Positions 1 through 13,141 of a stretch of DNA of 64,000 nucleotides are shown here, piece after piece. Source of the stretch: Mobula birostris (taxonomy: Eukaryota). Position numbers and translations under genes: made by a program. How positions within the stretch are numbered: position 1 is the stretch's first letter; each line of letters starts with the position of its first letter. The notes beneath the pieces were generated by a model. That model searched no databases. It had not been told where the DNA came from and saw only the letters and a list, made by a program, of their open reading frames with translations. The stretch covers positions 22,934,715 to 22,998,714 of the forward strand of contig NC_092378.1 of assembly GCF_030028105.1 (NCBI RefSeq). The letters run 5' to 3'.

Positions 1-539
1 TAGCTGCTTGCTATGCAGTTTTGTAGTTAATCTAAACTACAGTATCCTAACTAACTTCAGAAAATAACATAGGTAGAAAAACAAAGTGCAGTCCAAAATT
101 GTGAAGTAACACAGAGTCAATAATCACCATTTGACTTCCCAAAGGCTGTTCATAAATGTTAAGTAGTGATGAATGAGTATGTGCAGCCAAACGCTCATTT
201 TGCATACCAATATAATTAATGAAAATGCGTATTAAAAGCTAATTGTTACACGGATGTAAGTTTTTCAATAGAATATGTAGCAACTAAGAACTGGCGAAAT
301 AAATCTATTTGACAATGCAGCGTGTGCCAGAGGTTATCTTTACCAGGCTCGGTCGTTTGTAAAGCTTTGCAATGCCTGGCTGGGCTGAAGTAACATAAAT
401 TAGCGTTAATCGCGTTCCCGATGGAGCGGACGTGTTACATTTAAGCGCCTTTGCCTTTGCTGTGTGTATGTGTGTGGAAGGAGGAGAGATGCGACAGCAG
501 AAGACGCGGCAGGGATTACAAATAGGCTCGGTGCGCAGT

Positions 540-669
540 CTCCGTCTCAGGCACTTGCTATCCATTCACTCCCAGCAAGCTACTGACAGCAGGAGACAGC
601 AACTCCTTGTGACACCACAGTCAGCCCTACAGAGAGAGAGAGAGAGAGAGAGGAAAAAAAACAACACAG
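540..669 (+). other. Putative non-coding 5'UTR exon of GPR85 (5' boundary uncertain)
   Basis: Strong donor CAG|GTACGT at 669/670. Candidate acceptors are ttttatag| (828) and the pyrimidine-rich ...tttacacag| (954), both upstream of the ATG. Confidence 0.45.
631..652 (+). repeat. (AG)11 microsatellite
   Basis: Directly visible. Confidence 0.95.
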
Positions 670-1073
670 GTACGTGCTTTTCCATCTTCCTGAATAAATG
701 TATTTCTGCTCAAGACACGGAAAATGTCGATGAAATGATGCTTTAAAATGTTAATTGTCAGTTTGCTGTGCATCTTTCCACAGAAATAAGAGGCTGCTTT
801 TTGAAATATATGATGATTCATTTTATAGGCTCCTCGCCGTAAATAATTACCCGGGATCGGGTGGATTTTATAGATGCCTTTAATGAGAGTGACGCCCGGG
901 TAGGGCCGGACACGCCAGCTCTGGATTTTTTTCCACCTCTACCTATTTACACAGAAGAGCTAGACGGGAGGGGTGGGAGACTGGATTTTTTTTTATATAC
1001 CGGCGCTCTCCTTCCATCATGACTCTTCACTGCCGTGGCTGAGGCTGTTGCCAGATTCCCACTGTCTGGATCT

Positions 1074-2201
1074 ATGGCGAACTACAGCCATGCGGGTACT
1101 GGGAGCAGCGAGAACCTAATGCAGAATGTATCTCCCCTGGCGACGTTCTTCAAGCTGACATCGCTGGGGTTCATCATTGGAGTCGGCGTGCTGGGCAACC
1201 TCCTCATCTCCTTCCTGCTGGTTAAAGACAAGACCCTACACCGGGCTCCTTACTACTTCTTGCTGGATCTCTGCTCATCTGATATCATCCGTTCGGCGGT
1301 GTGCTTCCCTTTTGTGTTCCTCTCAGTGAAAAACGGCTCCTCCTGGTCCTACGGGACCCTGAGCTGCAAAGTGATCGCCTTCGTCGGGGTCCTCTCCTGC
1401 TTCCACGCCGTCTTCATGCTCTTCTGCGTGAGTGTCACCCGCTACATCGCCATCGCCCACCACCGTTTCTACTCTAAGCGGCTGACTTTCTGGACCTGCT
1501 TGGCCATCATCTGTATGGTGTGGACCCTATCGGTGGCCATGGCTTTCCCTCCAGTCTTCGACGTGGGCACTTACACCTTCATCAGGGAGGAAGAGCAGTG
1601 CATCTTTGAACACAGGTACTTCAAAGTCAACGACTCGTTGGGCTTCATGCTCATGTTCGTAGTCATCGTCCTGGCCACTCACATCGTGTATCTGAAGTTG
1701 ATCTTCTTTGTGTATGACAGGCGCAAGATGAAGCCCGTCCAACTGGTGCCGGCAGTGAGCCAGAACTGGACTTTCCACGGCCCCGGGGCCAACGGACAAG
1801 CGGCTGCCAACTGGATCGCTGGCTTTGGCCGAGGCCCAACCCCACCCACCCTATTGGGAATCAGACAAAATCCTCAGGGCCAGGGCATGAGGAGGAGGCT
1901 GCTAGTCATGGACGAGTTCAAAACGGAGAAAAGAATTGGCAGGATGTTCTACCTGATTACCTTTTTCTTCGTAGCTCTCTGGTGCCCATATCTAGTGGCT
2001 TGCTACTGGCGCGTCTTTGTGAAAGGCCCCGCTGTTCCACGTGGTTACATGACGGCTGCCGTCTGGATGACTTTTGCCCAAGCTGGAGTCAATCCGTTTA
2101 TCTGCATCTTCTCCAATAGGGAGCTAAGACGTTGTTTCAGCACCAACATCCTTTACTGTCGAAAATCCAGATTACCAAGGGAACCTTACTGCGTTATATG
2201 A
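1074..2201 (+). CDS. GPR85: SREB2 orphan class A GPCR (375 aa), single coding exon
   Basis: ATG at 1074 gives MANYSHA... (the ORF track starts at an upstream GTG). It has 7 hydrophobic segments, the SREB motifs APYYFLLDLC, SVTRY.AIAHHRFY and SQNWTFHGPGA.GQAAANW.AGFGRGPTPPTLLGIRQN, and the GPR85-type C-terminus SNRELRRCFS...RKSRLPREPYCVI. SAMTOR lies downstream, as in human. Confidence 0.93.
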   Translation: MANYSHAGTGSSENLMQNVSPLATFFKLTSLGFIIGVGVLGNLLISFLLVKDKTLHRAPYYFLLDLCSSDIIRSAVCFPFVFLSVKNGSSWSYGTLSCKVIAFVGVLSCFHAVFMLFCVSVTRYIAIAHHRFYSKRLTFWTCLAIICMVWTLSVAMAFPPVFDVGTYTFIREEEQCIFEHRYFKVNDSLGFMLMFVVIVLATHIVYLKLIFFVYDRRKMKPVQLVPAVSQNWTFHGPGANGQAAANWIAGFGRGPTPPTLLGIRQNPQGQGMRRRLLVMDEFKTEKRIGRMFYLITFFFVALWCPYLVACYWRVFVKGPAVPRGYMTAAVWMTFAQAGVNPFICIFSNRELRRCFSTNILYCRKSRLPREPYCVI

Positions 2202-3096
2202 GCACTAGTGCTGTATGTATCTGAGACGGAAATTACCCTAATTTTATCAAGCAACAGACGAAACAGTAATTGTCGTGGTCTGCGGCACTGGGGCCCCTTT
2301 TGGTGTTCTGGCGAGGGCGATTTGCAAAGAAACGATCATCAACCTTTCGCAGAATGGTCTTTAATTTATTTCTGCTATCTCTGTGTTAATGTTCAAGGTA
2401 TTTCAATACAGTTTCTGTGGAAATTAGTATTATTATCATGCCATCTGCACATTCATTTACACGTTTGTTTTTGAACTAACCAATCCATGTCATAAATTAC
2501 AGTTTTAGAATATATATTGACTTTTATACTTTTTGGAAAAAAAAAGGTCTTTTGCATCCATGGATGCACACCAGACAAAACATGTTTAAATGATTTGACT
2601 TAATTAAAAGTGACAATACCTTCATCAGTTGACTGGCGGGTATGCATGACCGACAGGGTTAATGTTTGATTATGTACAGATTAGTTTCCTCAACTTTTCC
2701 TTTAAATCTACACTGGATCTAAACTTGTACCAGGTACAGGCACCCTGCCCAAGTGGTTAAGCCTGCCGCGTAATTACATTTATGCAACATGGTTGATGTC
2801 TGTTCCTATATTTTTAGACCGTGGTCATATCCACAGCAGAACGAGTTGGTTTCAAACCTTGCACAATCTGTGAGAAATTTGTTCTATGGTTGCATATTGT
2901 TTACAATATTTTCCTCCTCATTGTTCAGTTCAGTCTTTCGTGTTTCAACTGTGATATTGTTCTATTATCATTTTATCTCAAAAAGGTGATATGGCTTATA
3001 CCATTTCCTTAGTGTTGCGGGGGGAGGGTGGAATGTATGTGAATTGAAGTAAAACTGCATCCAGTAAAATGTGTGGGATCTCATCAACATTTTGGA

Positions 3097-3102
3097 AATA
3101 AA
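3097..3102 (+). terminator. Candidate GPR85 polyadenylation signal
   Basis: AATAAA about 900 nt after the stop codon, in an AT-rich, repeat-free 3' region. Confidence 0.35.
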
Positions 3103-4678
3103 ATGTATATCATATTATACAGTTATCAATTCGCCTAAGTCCAGCTGCTTTTTCTTGAAGTAGACGATAATTATTTTCGCAAATATGCACAGAATTTCAA
3201 CATTACGATTCTTTGTAATAAGTTTAAAAGAGATAACATCTGACTGAATACGTGAATGATTGATGGGAACCACAAGATTGATCGAAGGCGTAATACCAAA
3301 GAATTCCTGTGCACTTTATTGTCCTTAATTTTCCAATGTTGTGACATTCTTTGTAAGTGTCCTGTACATTAATATAAAATAATTTAACGTGGGAAAAATC
3401 GGAGAGAAAAATGTAAAATTGCTTATAGATGTTGTGTATGTAATAACAATTGTGAAACTAATTGAACTGGTATCACTTACAGAGCCATATAATTAATGAT
3501 CTCTGACTGGAAATTTCTTAGACTTCTCATTCTCTATTCTTACATTTCCCAGAGATTGTTTAATAATCTCATGCCTTACACATTTTCAGTTTTGCTTTTC
3601 AATCTGTTCATGATTTAGATTTTGTTTGACGTTTTTGGATAGGCTTATTACATCAGCAATTCGCTTTTATTTCCATTTGTTCCTTAATGCCATTGCATTT
3701 TCTTATTTCAATGTTCCTTGTATATATTTTCTTGTTACCTTTCCTTTCTTCAAAATGCTTCCCATTCTTTTTTCAAATTTCTACTTTCTTTAGTTGAATG
3801 TACCTGTCAAACATTTATTTTACCCAGTAGTACCATTAATTTCCTATTTCCATTTTATATTGTTTGCTTACTGTGTTATTTTTAATGTTTTTCCATAATA
3901 TTAATCTGAGAAGCTAGGTACCTTCATTCTTAACATCATTTATGTGTTTAGTTTTCTGGAAGTACCAATCTTTCATAATTACTGAAGGCTCCAGCCCATA
4001 ACAAGAAATTCACCTAAAATAAACAACAAAATAGTAAATGTAATTTAAATTAATCTTTTATCTTCATTTCCTGATCTGACCAGATGGTCTAGGTATAGTC
4101 ATGCAGTACACATTATTTGCATTACTAAGGTGGTCGAATGGAAGAGCGGAAGACTTGGATTCAAGCCCTGGTCTTGGCCGCATCCTAACTTGCTTCTTGC
4201 TGAGTTCTGAGTTGTTTATCTCAGGTAGGTTGCCACAGCACCAAAGAATGAAAGCACTAACCTAACAGGAGTGATGGGACTCCAACTACTGCCAAAGTTG
4301 ATGTCAGTAGCCAACCTTAATTATTAAAGGATGTAGAAAATGTCCAGTATTGGAATAATGCATATACAACAAAGCAGCTCTTAAATTTTTTTAATAAAAT
4401 GCACTATGGTCCCAATATCTGAACTAGGGTAGTTGTTTCATAGTTTAAGTATCATCCCTTGAAAGTGATCCCTAAGTACTTTGATCCAATTAGATAAATA
4501 AATACACAGGCACTGTAGATAACAATTTAAAAAGGAAGTTTGTTGGGAGAAGGACAAAAATTGAAACAAGTTTTCTGTGTCTGCTGGTTAATTATTGATT
4601 TCATCATATGCATAGTCAAAAGTCCTAACTTAATCCACATTTCGAATCTAAAGTTAAAGCATAATGCAATATGCTTTG

Positions 4679-4844
4679 AGCAACACACACAAAATGCTGG
4701 TGGAACACATCAGGCCAGGCATTATCTATAGGAAGAAGTACAGTCGATGTTTTGGGCCGACACCCTTCGTCAGGGTCTGCTGCGTTCCACCAGCATTTTG
4801 TGTGTGTTGCTTGAATTTCCAGCATCTGCAGATTTCCTGGTGTT
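4679..4844. mobile_element. Short Penelope-like fold-back insertion (two inverted pLTR 3' ends)
   Basis: Arms caacacacacaaaatgctggtggaac / gttccaccagcattttgtgtgtgttg; 14-bp TSD tgcaatatgctttg (4665-4678, 4845-4858); decayed hammerhead motif on the - strand. Confidence 0.85.
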
Positions 4845-7238
4845 TGCAATATGCTTTGTTTCTTCTTTCTCAACATTTGTTCCAATTCGAAACACTTGAT
4901 GCCTAAATATTTGGAATCGTTCATTATTCTATAATTATATTGAGTAATAATAACTCAGAGCAATAGCAAAATGATAATTAAATATCCAAGAGTTTGATTA
5001 CGTATAAGTACTTACCTTGTCTTGAACCCAGCCCATGAAATAGGCTTTGAAGTTCCACTGATAACGTATAAGCGATAATGGCAAATTAAATGGATGCTGC
5101 CTGTGAATGCTTTTTAATATGTTTATTGTGTCTGACATACATTTTATGGTATGTTATCATCTATACATTTTCAATAGATTTATGAATTATTCCTTCATGA
5201 AAACACTTCATCACTGTAATTCATAGCTGACACATTTCAATCATCGTTATATGACAAATTGCATTGTTTCACTTTTGCTGTTTAAGCAGGTTTCTCTCAA
5301 CATAATGCACTGGAGTGGAAATTGCTGCTGTTAGATCTTCTGATGAATACCAGTGCCATTATGGCTGAAAATTAATAATTAAGCAATGCAACCTTGTTAT
5401 ACTGTAAAACCTGCTCAACAAAGTGCTTATAAATATTTTTAAATCCTTTGTTCATTATATCTATTTATGTTTTAAAATGCTGTAAAATGGGAGGATATTT
5501 TAATGTTTTTTACATCTGTATTGTATATTTTCTTTGAGGAAAATAAAAATAGAAAATGCTGGAAATAATCAGCACCTGTGGATGGCATTTCAAGGACAAT
5601 GTTTTAAGTTAGAAGTATGTTATCAAACTGGAAATAGTTAAAGATGCACAGGTTTTAAGATGTAGAAAAGAGGAGGAGGACAGGGAATTGTCCACCTTGA
5701 AATTCTTCTCTTCCTCTCTGATTTCTGTTCATGTCTTTTGCTTCTTTACCTTTATGGCCTTCCCTTCTCTTTATACCTTTCATTGGTTACCCACCAAAAT
5801 CCGCTTTCACAGCTCAGATTCAGCCCACATGAATCCCTATTGAAACTCCACATCAAATACCAACAAGATATTCATTGTTTCTTAAACATTATTCTCAAAA
5901 CATCCTACAACCCATGCTTTATGTAAATGTCAGCACAAACCTGGCCATGGCCTCCCTTTGTACCAACATTGATTCTCCTTTTCTCATAACTGTCGTGATC
6001 TACTGCTTCAGTTCATCTTTCTCCTCATCTGGTGCTATAACTGACTTTCATTCCTTGCTTTCTGCACCTAAAAACCTGTGTGTTGCCAAATATACTTGGT
6101 TGTTATGAAAGGTAATTGAATTAAACATTAATTGTTTCTTGATAAAACTATGATAAAAACTTTTTTAAGAAAAAGTTTTTATTGTAGTTTTGGAAGCTAC
6201 TATCAGTTTTCGTTAAAATTGACTATGCAATTTTGTGAACTTCTGCCTTGTGATAATATTTAGGGAATTTTAAGCAAAAGCAACAAAAGTAAGTTGCAGT
6301 TTTTAATCTTTTAATTCATTGTAAACTCAGCAATGTATCTCAGTAAGAGATAGACAAGAAGTATTTGGTGAGGATATGGTTCAAGCTCCCAGCAATTCAT
6401 ATTTCAACATTCTGTTAATTATTATGTTCTGCCAAATGATCAAATGACAGCTGCAGTAAGTTAACATTTAACCTGTTCCTTGCTCTCTTCTTCATCTGGC
6501 TAAGTTGATGAAATAACAATATATCAAAGCTATCATTCTCGGCACCCAGAAAAAGATGCCAATGCTTTCCTTCACACCCAGAAAATGTGGTTTAGTCGTA
6601 GAAAGCTGATTGATATGTTGTTTAAGCAAGAAGTAGGCTTCAGAGGGTATCCAATATGAGATAATTCCATCTTTATCCAACACTCTCTATCTTTGACCCA
6701 CCATGGTAGAACACATTTTCATGTTTTTGTTATCTCAAGATTTGATACTTGAACAGGACCATGTTGGCTTTCAGAATCTTCTTTGTACTAACTTAATCTT
6801 TTTCATAAAGTTAACTGCTTCCAGGTTATCTCACTCTGTGCCTCTTTCTAGTAATTGCACTTCAAAAATAACAAAACTTTAATATGAATTAGTTGTATGT
6901 GATTTCCTTTGAAACATTCTGAAAATGTAGAAGATTTAGAAGATTCTGTTATGGATCTCTATTGTGGACTGAGAGTGGGAAGAGGGCAGGGAGAGGAGAA
7001 TCATGGTTGGGAAAAGAGGAACGGAGAGGGGAAGGAGTGGGAAACACCAGAGAAACATTCTGTAATGTTCAATAAACCCTGCATGGAGTCTCAGGGCTGG
7101 GAGTGTCTGCACCCACCCTGGCGTTCCTTCTCTTCCACCTGTCCCACCCCCTCCTGTGTGGCTCCACCCTCCCTATTCCCAACATCCTTTGCTCCCACCA
7201 GATTTACAAACTCACTCTCTGCCCCATGTTGACAAAAA

Positions 7239-7295
7239 TAGTACTATGCAAAAGTCTTAGGCACCTTAGCTGCATAAGACTTTTGTACACTATTC
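7239..7295. mobile_element. Tiny palindromic Tc1-like MITE
   Basis: Imperfect inverted repeat gtactatgcaaaagtcttaggca...tgcataagacttttgtacac. Confidence 0.55.
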
Positions 7296-8186
7296 TTTAT
7301 TTTTTTTTAAATCATGATTGTATCATGCTCTATCTTTATAGCCCTCTCTATTACCTAAACCAGTGACAACTTATGCTCTTTTAACATTGGTCCCCAGTGC
7401 ATCATTCCCTCATCCTTCACCAGAGGTCTTTAACCACTGAGCTTCAATATTCTTCAACTCAGCCACTGAAAATTTGTTTCCTATCTTGAAAGTCTCCACA
7501 AAACTAATCCTTTCTATTTCATGTTTAGTTATTAATCACAATTCTGTACTACTCTAATAGTTTCCACTCTCGAAACAGAAAAGCTTCTGATCTTTATTAT
7601 AACAAAGTTGTTTCTTCTTTAAATTCCTATATTGATTTCCCAGCCCATGAGACTAAGGTCAAGTGTGCACTTTATTTTTGCAAATATTTATCTTTAATTA
7701 AATACAAAGATTAATTTTATAGCTTAACTTTTGTTTTCTTTTTGTTCTATTGCTAAGATTGCATTCCATAATTCCCAATACCCCTGGATATTATAAGGTT
7801 ACCAAGCCAACTTCCTTCATCATTTCCAAATGCTTTAATCCATTTGATTCTTAGGCTATAAAGTTTAAATTACAAGAACAGTTTGAATAGTCTTAGGTTC
7901 TAGTTCAATTCATATAAATGATTAAGGGAAAACTAATTAAGGTTTTTAAGATAATTAAGCAATTTAATACCTTTATTTCTCTTTTAGGAGTTTTGAAAAG
8001 TGAACTACAAGAATTGTTTAGTTCACATGATAGGTTAGGAATTACATCTTCAGACAAAGGTAGTGGAAACCTGGAGTTTCAAAATGTTGTTCGGAAGGCA
8101 GTGATTTGAAAATTTCGAACTAATATTACTCCCATTTTTGTCAGGCAAGTGTAAAAAGAATTATGAAACCGAGGCTGATAAATAAG

Positions 8187-8400
8187 AAACACTGGAAATT
8201 CTGTAGATGCTGGAAATCCTGAGAAACACACAGAAAAGTCTAGTGGAACTCAGCATGTAAGGCAGCATCAGGAACTGACATAAAGCATGAATACCTGGGG
8301 CTCATATGAGTGCCAATGGCAACACCTTTGGTTTGGTAGTCCTGATGAAGGGCAAAATGTAGTCTTTTTATTTCCCTTCATAGATATTACCTGACTTGCA
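8187..8400. mobile_element. Old Penelope-like pLTR fold-back remnant
   Basis: - strand arm (ctgtagatgctggaaatcc...ggcagcatc) plus + strand arm (tagtcctgatgaaggg...). Confidence 0.6.
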
Positions 8401-11400
8401 AATAAATAAATTATAAATCAGGCTTCATTTAGTTGTAAGGTGGAAAAAGCTTGAGGGACTCAGTTGTCCACTCCTGACTTTATGCTTCCCTGCATCATTT
8501 TCTTAAAATAAATAATCCAAGTGTATCAGGTCTTTTATTACAGTTTAGTCTTTTGTTACAGATATTGCACAAATGCTTCATAGTTATACTTTCTGTAAGT
8601 TCTAAAGTGAGGCACTTAGAACTAAACACAATATTCTAAATGAAGTCTGATTATATTCCAAATGAAGTTCTGTGTAATAGCAGGAGCACTTGATCATTCT
8701 TACATTTTATACCTAAAGTAATTAATTATACTATCTTAGTACATTTGGTACTAGATTGTAATGGATTTTCAATACCTAAAACTTTTAGTTAAGCTGTCAT
8801 GATATTTCTCAATTTAGATTTTCCGTCATCCGCCAGTTTTGCAACTATTATGTGTAACAGCTGCAGCATGCTTTATGTTTTGTCTTGGTCCTGCCTTTCA
8901 GCTAATTGTGTCCTTATGCAATTTTATGTCTTCTGTAATTTTATGTTTACTTCACCATTCAGTATACTTCCTAACCTGTCAGTTTTTGCCCTAGCTTATT
9001 ATATAGAGAGATGATAACATGATAATAGAATGAACATGTCCATTTGTTCAAGAAATCAGATGACACAGACGATACAATTATTTTGCATCTGTAGTAATAG
9101 TATGAAAGGGTAAATTTAAATACTATGCAACTATACCACTTAATGTTTGTGATAGATCTGTTTGTTAATATTCATGTGCTATAGCCTGTGCTTTGGTTGA
9201 ACCCAGCCAAAATTAATAAACTGAAATACACTTTTGATGGAATCAAAAAGTCATTCCCATATTTGTATAATTCCATTCCATATTTGCTTAATTGGTGTTG
9301 ATACTGGTCTAACTACAGGTCGGCATCTACCTTCTTAGTCTACCAAATTAATTAAGCTGAAGTATTAACAACTAATCTGTTAAATTACTAAAAATCTTAG
9401 GCTTAAATCACTTTGTACCTCAATTGTGGTGCTTTGAAGCGTGCAAGATTTAAGCCTAGATAAAGAAATCTATCATTTGACAATGAATGAATGATGATTT
9501 ATTCTATTGCATCTAATTAATTTTAGGACTAATAAATACAGAAATAATGCCTAATTAATTTATAATGGAAGCATCAGGTATGGAAAAAATACATTCCCAG
9601 AGGAGTAATTGGACTTTAGTTTATGTTGCTTAAATCATGCAAAAATTGACCACTCCTATCTGCACTTTAAGTTCTGGAGAGGTCAATGGAAGCAAATGTG
9701 CAAAGGTGTGCACTTCCGGTATATTTCTGCATGCTTTAATGGTAAATGACACGTTCCTTATCTGGAATATTGATTTGATCTTTCTGAGTCTAATCCATAC
9801 TAATATTGAATTTGCACCTACAACACATTGTCATTTGATTTCAGTTTTATGGTTCCTACAGTAAACTATCTTTCAAGATATGCACCTTTATGTACATTCT
9901 GTAAAAGTATATTTCTGCAAATGTTTACTTTTAAATGTTACAATGTAGATTGAGAAAAATGTTCAAGTTTAAAGAACTTTATTTGGTTTCCACTACTCTG
10001 AAAATAAAGTAAAATACTAGTTTTCTCTCTTGGAGTTTTATTCCATAAACATTTTTTAATGAGTCACCACAGTATGACAACATGACTCAGAAGAAATCAG
10101 ACTCTGCCCCCATTACTTTTCTATTAGCTTCCAATGACACTTACAAGCTTCTTTGTAGTATAGCAATGAGGACTCCAAAGTAAGTGATGCTACCCTTTCA
10201 GATCTATTTCAGTATATTTTTTCATGGACCTCATGTACATGCAGGTACATTCATCCTTTTCTCTTGCACATTCACATCTGTCCATCTGCAAGCACTCATT
10301 GCTAATCAGCTTTATCTTCACAAAATTATATCCTCTTCCTCACAATTACCAACTAAAATCAATACCTATCCATATGTTTTAGAGAATATTATCGCTCAAT
10401 GGTGTCTTCTTGCCCGCATGGGAGAAGGGAGCATGAAGCTACATAAATGTATAGAATCCAAAATTGCCTTCTAGCCTTCACCCACTAGTATATGCAAATA
10501 AAAAAAACAGGGACTTTAGAATATATGGTTCTTTTAGAATGGGGAGGAGGAGGTTTTATTATGATCTGTGATAGAATTGCATCTCATCCAGCAACCTTGC
10601 TTAAAACATCCACTGGATTGGATGTCAGCAAAAATTAAAAAGTAATCAGGTATAAAATTAAAATCTTAAAAATACCTTGAGAATAGTAATTCACATCTTT
10701 AAACTCCCATGAACCCACAACAGGAGGGCAATGTTGAAGGCTCTTCCAAGGTGGTCCCCATTCTGAGGCTCTGTTTCGTAGGCCTCATGCTTATTCTCCA
10801 CGCACAGGTTCTCACACTTTAAGACAGGCTCAAAATCACCAAGTATGCAGAATGGAGGAAGCAATGACAGTAGTGGAATTTCTAGAAGACACAGGGCTCT
10901 CCAAACTCAACTGAGCTGGATATACTGTAGATGATGCATCTCGGGAAACACAAATGCAGAGGTGCATAGATAGATATCCCAGCATCAAAGTACAGAGTCA
11001 TCCTTGAGATGGAGGGCTGTGATGATATTATTTGCTGATCATCATTGAGCAATAAGTGCGGCATAATAGTGAATACAAATCCTTGCTGAGAACTGCACAC
11101 TGAATGACAGACATCCTAATCTGGGCCATTCTGTGTTCCACTGGCCTACAGACACACAGCAAAACTGTTAGCAGTGTAGTTTTAACCCCAAATATAGAAA
11201 AGCTGTAAGGTGATGAGAGCAAACGTACAAGTAGAACTTCAATCAATGCCCCTCCCTTTTCCTAGAGAATTCACCCACCATTTAGTGCCCTGATGGTATT
11301 GTTGTATGGGGAGGAAGGTTCTGGAATGCATAAAACTCTTAGGAAGTGACCACAAGTATTTCAGACATTCAGAGCAAACTGCTGCTGTGGAAACTCTCGA

Positions 11401-11694
11401 AGCTATGGATAATACATTCCATTGCAACATCAGGAAAGGGAAAGTAAGGATAACAATATTTACCCAACATTAGAGTTTCATGTTTGTGTTGGTTGCAATG
11501 GCAAAAAATAAGTGACAACATTTTCTGAGCAATAATTATAGTTTTTGAATAACAAATGCATTTTTAAAATCTGTAATGGTGATTTCATGATCTAACTCTA
11601 CTATCAGAGTTGACAACTGAACTAGGGTGGTGCATGAACTTGTTTTGGATTTTGTGAAGGAAGTGAGGCAATGTTAATATTGGATATTGCAGAT

Positions 11695-13141
11695 GTTAGT
11701 TTACATGGATTACACCTTGTGGTTCTGAAAGATGTAGCTGAAGAGATTGTGGAGGCATTAGTAATGCTCTGTGAAGAATCACTAAATAATGGAGTGGTTC
11801 CAGAGGACTTGAAAATTGCAGATGTTTGTCCACACTTCAAGAAGAGATAGAAGCAGAAGAAAGTATAGACCAGTTAGCCTGATTTCAGTGGTTGGGAAGA
11901 TGTTGGAGTCCATTATTAATGATAAGGCATCAGAGTACTAATCAGGTTTCAGGCACATGATAAGTAGGCCAAACTCAACACGGTTTCTTTAAGGGGAAAT
12001 CTTGCATAACACATTGGGAAATAATAGTCAGGATAGAAAAAGGGTAGTGAGTGGATGTTATTTCTTTGTATTTTCAGCAGGCCTTTGACAAGGTGCCACA
12101 AATGAGGCTGCTTAACAAGTGCCCATGGCATTACAGTAAAGCTACTAGCATGAATAGAAGGCAGGAGGCAAAGAGTCATAAAGGGGGCCTATTCTGGTTG
12201 GCTGCCTTTGACAAGTGGTGTTCCACAGGGGATGGTATTGGGACCATTTCACATTAAATGTCGGTGATTTGGATGATAGGATTGATAGCTTTATAACCAA
12301 GTTTGCAGAAGATGCAAAGATAGGTGGAGGAGCCAACAGTGGTGAGAAAGCAGGGAGTCTGCAGAAGGTCTTGGACAGACTGAGAGAAGTGGTAGATAGA
12401 ATATGGTGGAGGGAAGTGTATAGCCTTACATTTTGGGAGAAGGATAAACGTACACTATTTTCTCAATGGAGAGCAAATTCTAAAATCAGAGTTGCAGAGG
12501 GACTTGGGAGTCCTTTTGCTGGGTTCCATAAAGGTTGACTTTCAGGTTGAGTCTGTGGTAAGGAAGCCAAATGCGATGTTAGCAAGGCTGTGATGCTGAG
12601 CCTTTATAAGGCGTTGGTCAGAGCACACTTGGAGAGTTGTGAGTAGTTTTGGATCCCTTATCTAAGAAAATATGTGCAGGCATTGGACTGGGTCCAAAAG
12701 GAGTTCACAAAAAATAAAAGGGTTATCATATGAGGAGTGTTTGATGGTTCTGGGCCTGAATACCCTGGAGTTTAGAAGAATAAGGGGTATTCTCATTGAA
12801 GTCTATCGAACATTGAAAGGCCTAGACAGGTGGATGTGGAGAGGATGTTTTCTATAATGTGTGAGTCTACTGCTAGGAGACACAGCCTCAGAATAGAGGG
12901 ATGCCCATTTTGAACAGAGATGAGAATGAATTTCTTTAGCAAGAGGGTGGTAATTCTGTGGGAGTCATTGCCACGGATGTCTGTGGAGGCCAAATCATTG
13001 AGTTAGTTCGGGCATCAAAGGTAATGGGCAGAAGGCAAGAGAATAGTGTTGAGAGGGATAATAAATCAACCATGATAGAATAATGGAGCAGACTTGATGG
13101 ACCAAGAGGCCTAATTTTACTCCTTATGGTCTTATGGTCTT
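11695..13141 (+). mobile_element. CR1 LINE, 5'-truncated and decayed
   Basis: Fragments YFQQAFDKVP, KFAEDAKIGG and LEFRRIRG.LIEVY; (TTATGGTC) tail. Confidence 0.9.

Noticed and set aside
1035-1073. 13-aa N-terminal extension of GPR85 in the ORF track
   Set aside because: It starts at GTG; the conserved start MANYSH is the ATG at 1074
2136-2156. TTCAGCACC as a REST/NRSE site
   Set aside because: Only the left half-site is present and it lies in coding sequence; the GGACAG half is absent
4120-4320. B-box-like ggattcaagccc suggesting a tRNA gene or SINE head
   Set aside because: No cloverleaf or clear A box; at most a very decayed SINE
10690-11450. Moderately GC-rich stretch ending in a GTAAG donor-like site (similar at 13540-13966)
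   Set aside because: No sustained ORF or recognisable homology; cannot be supported as an exon
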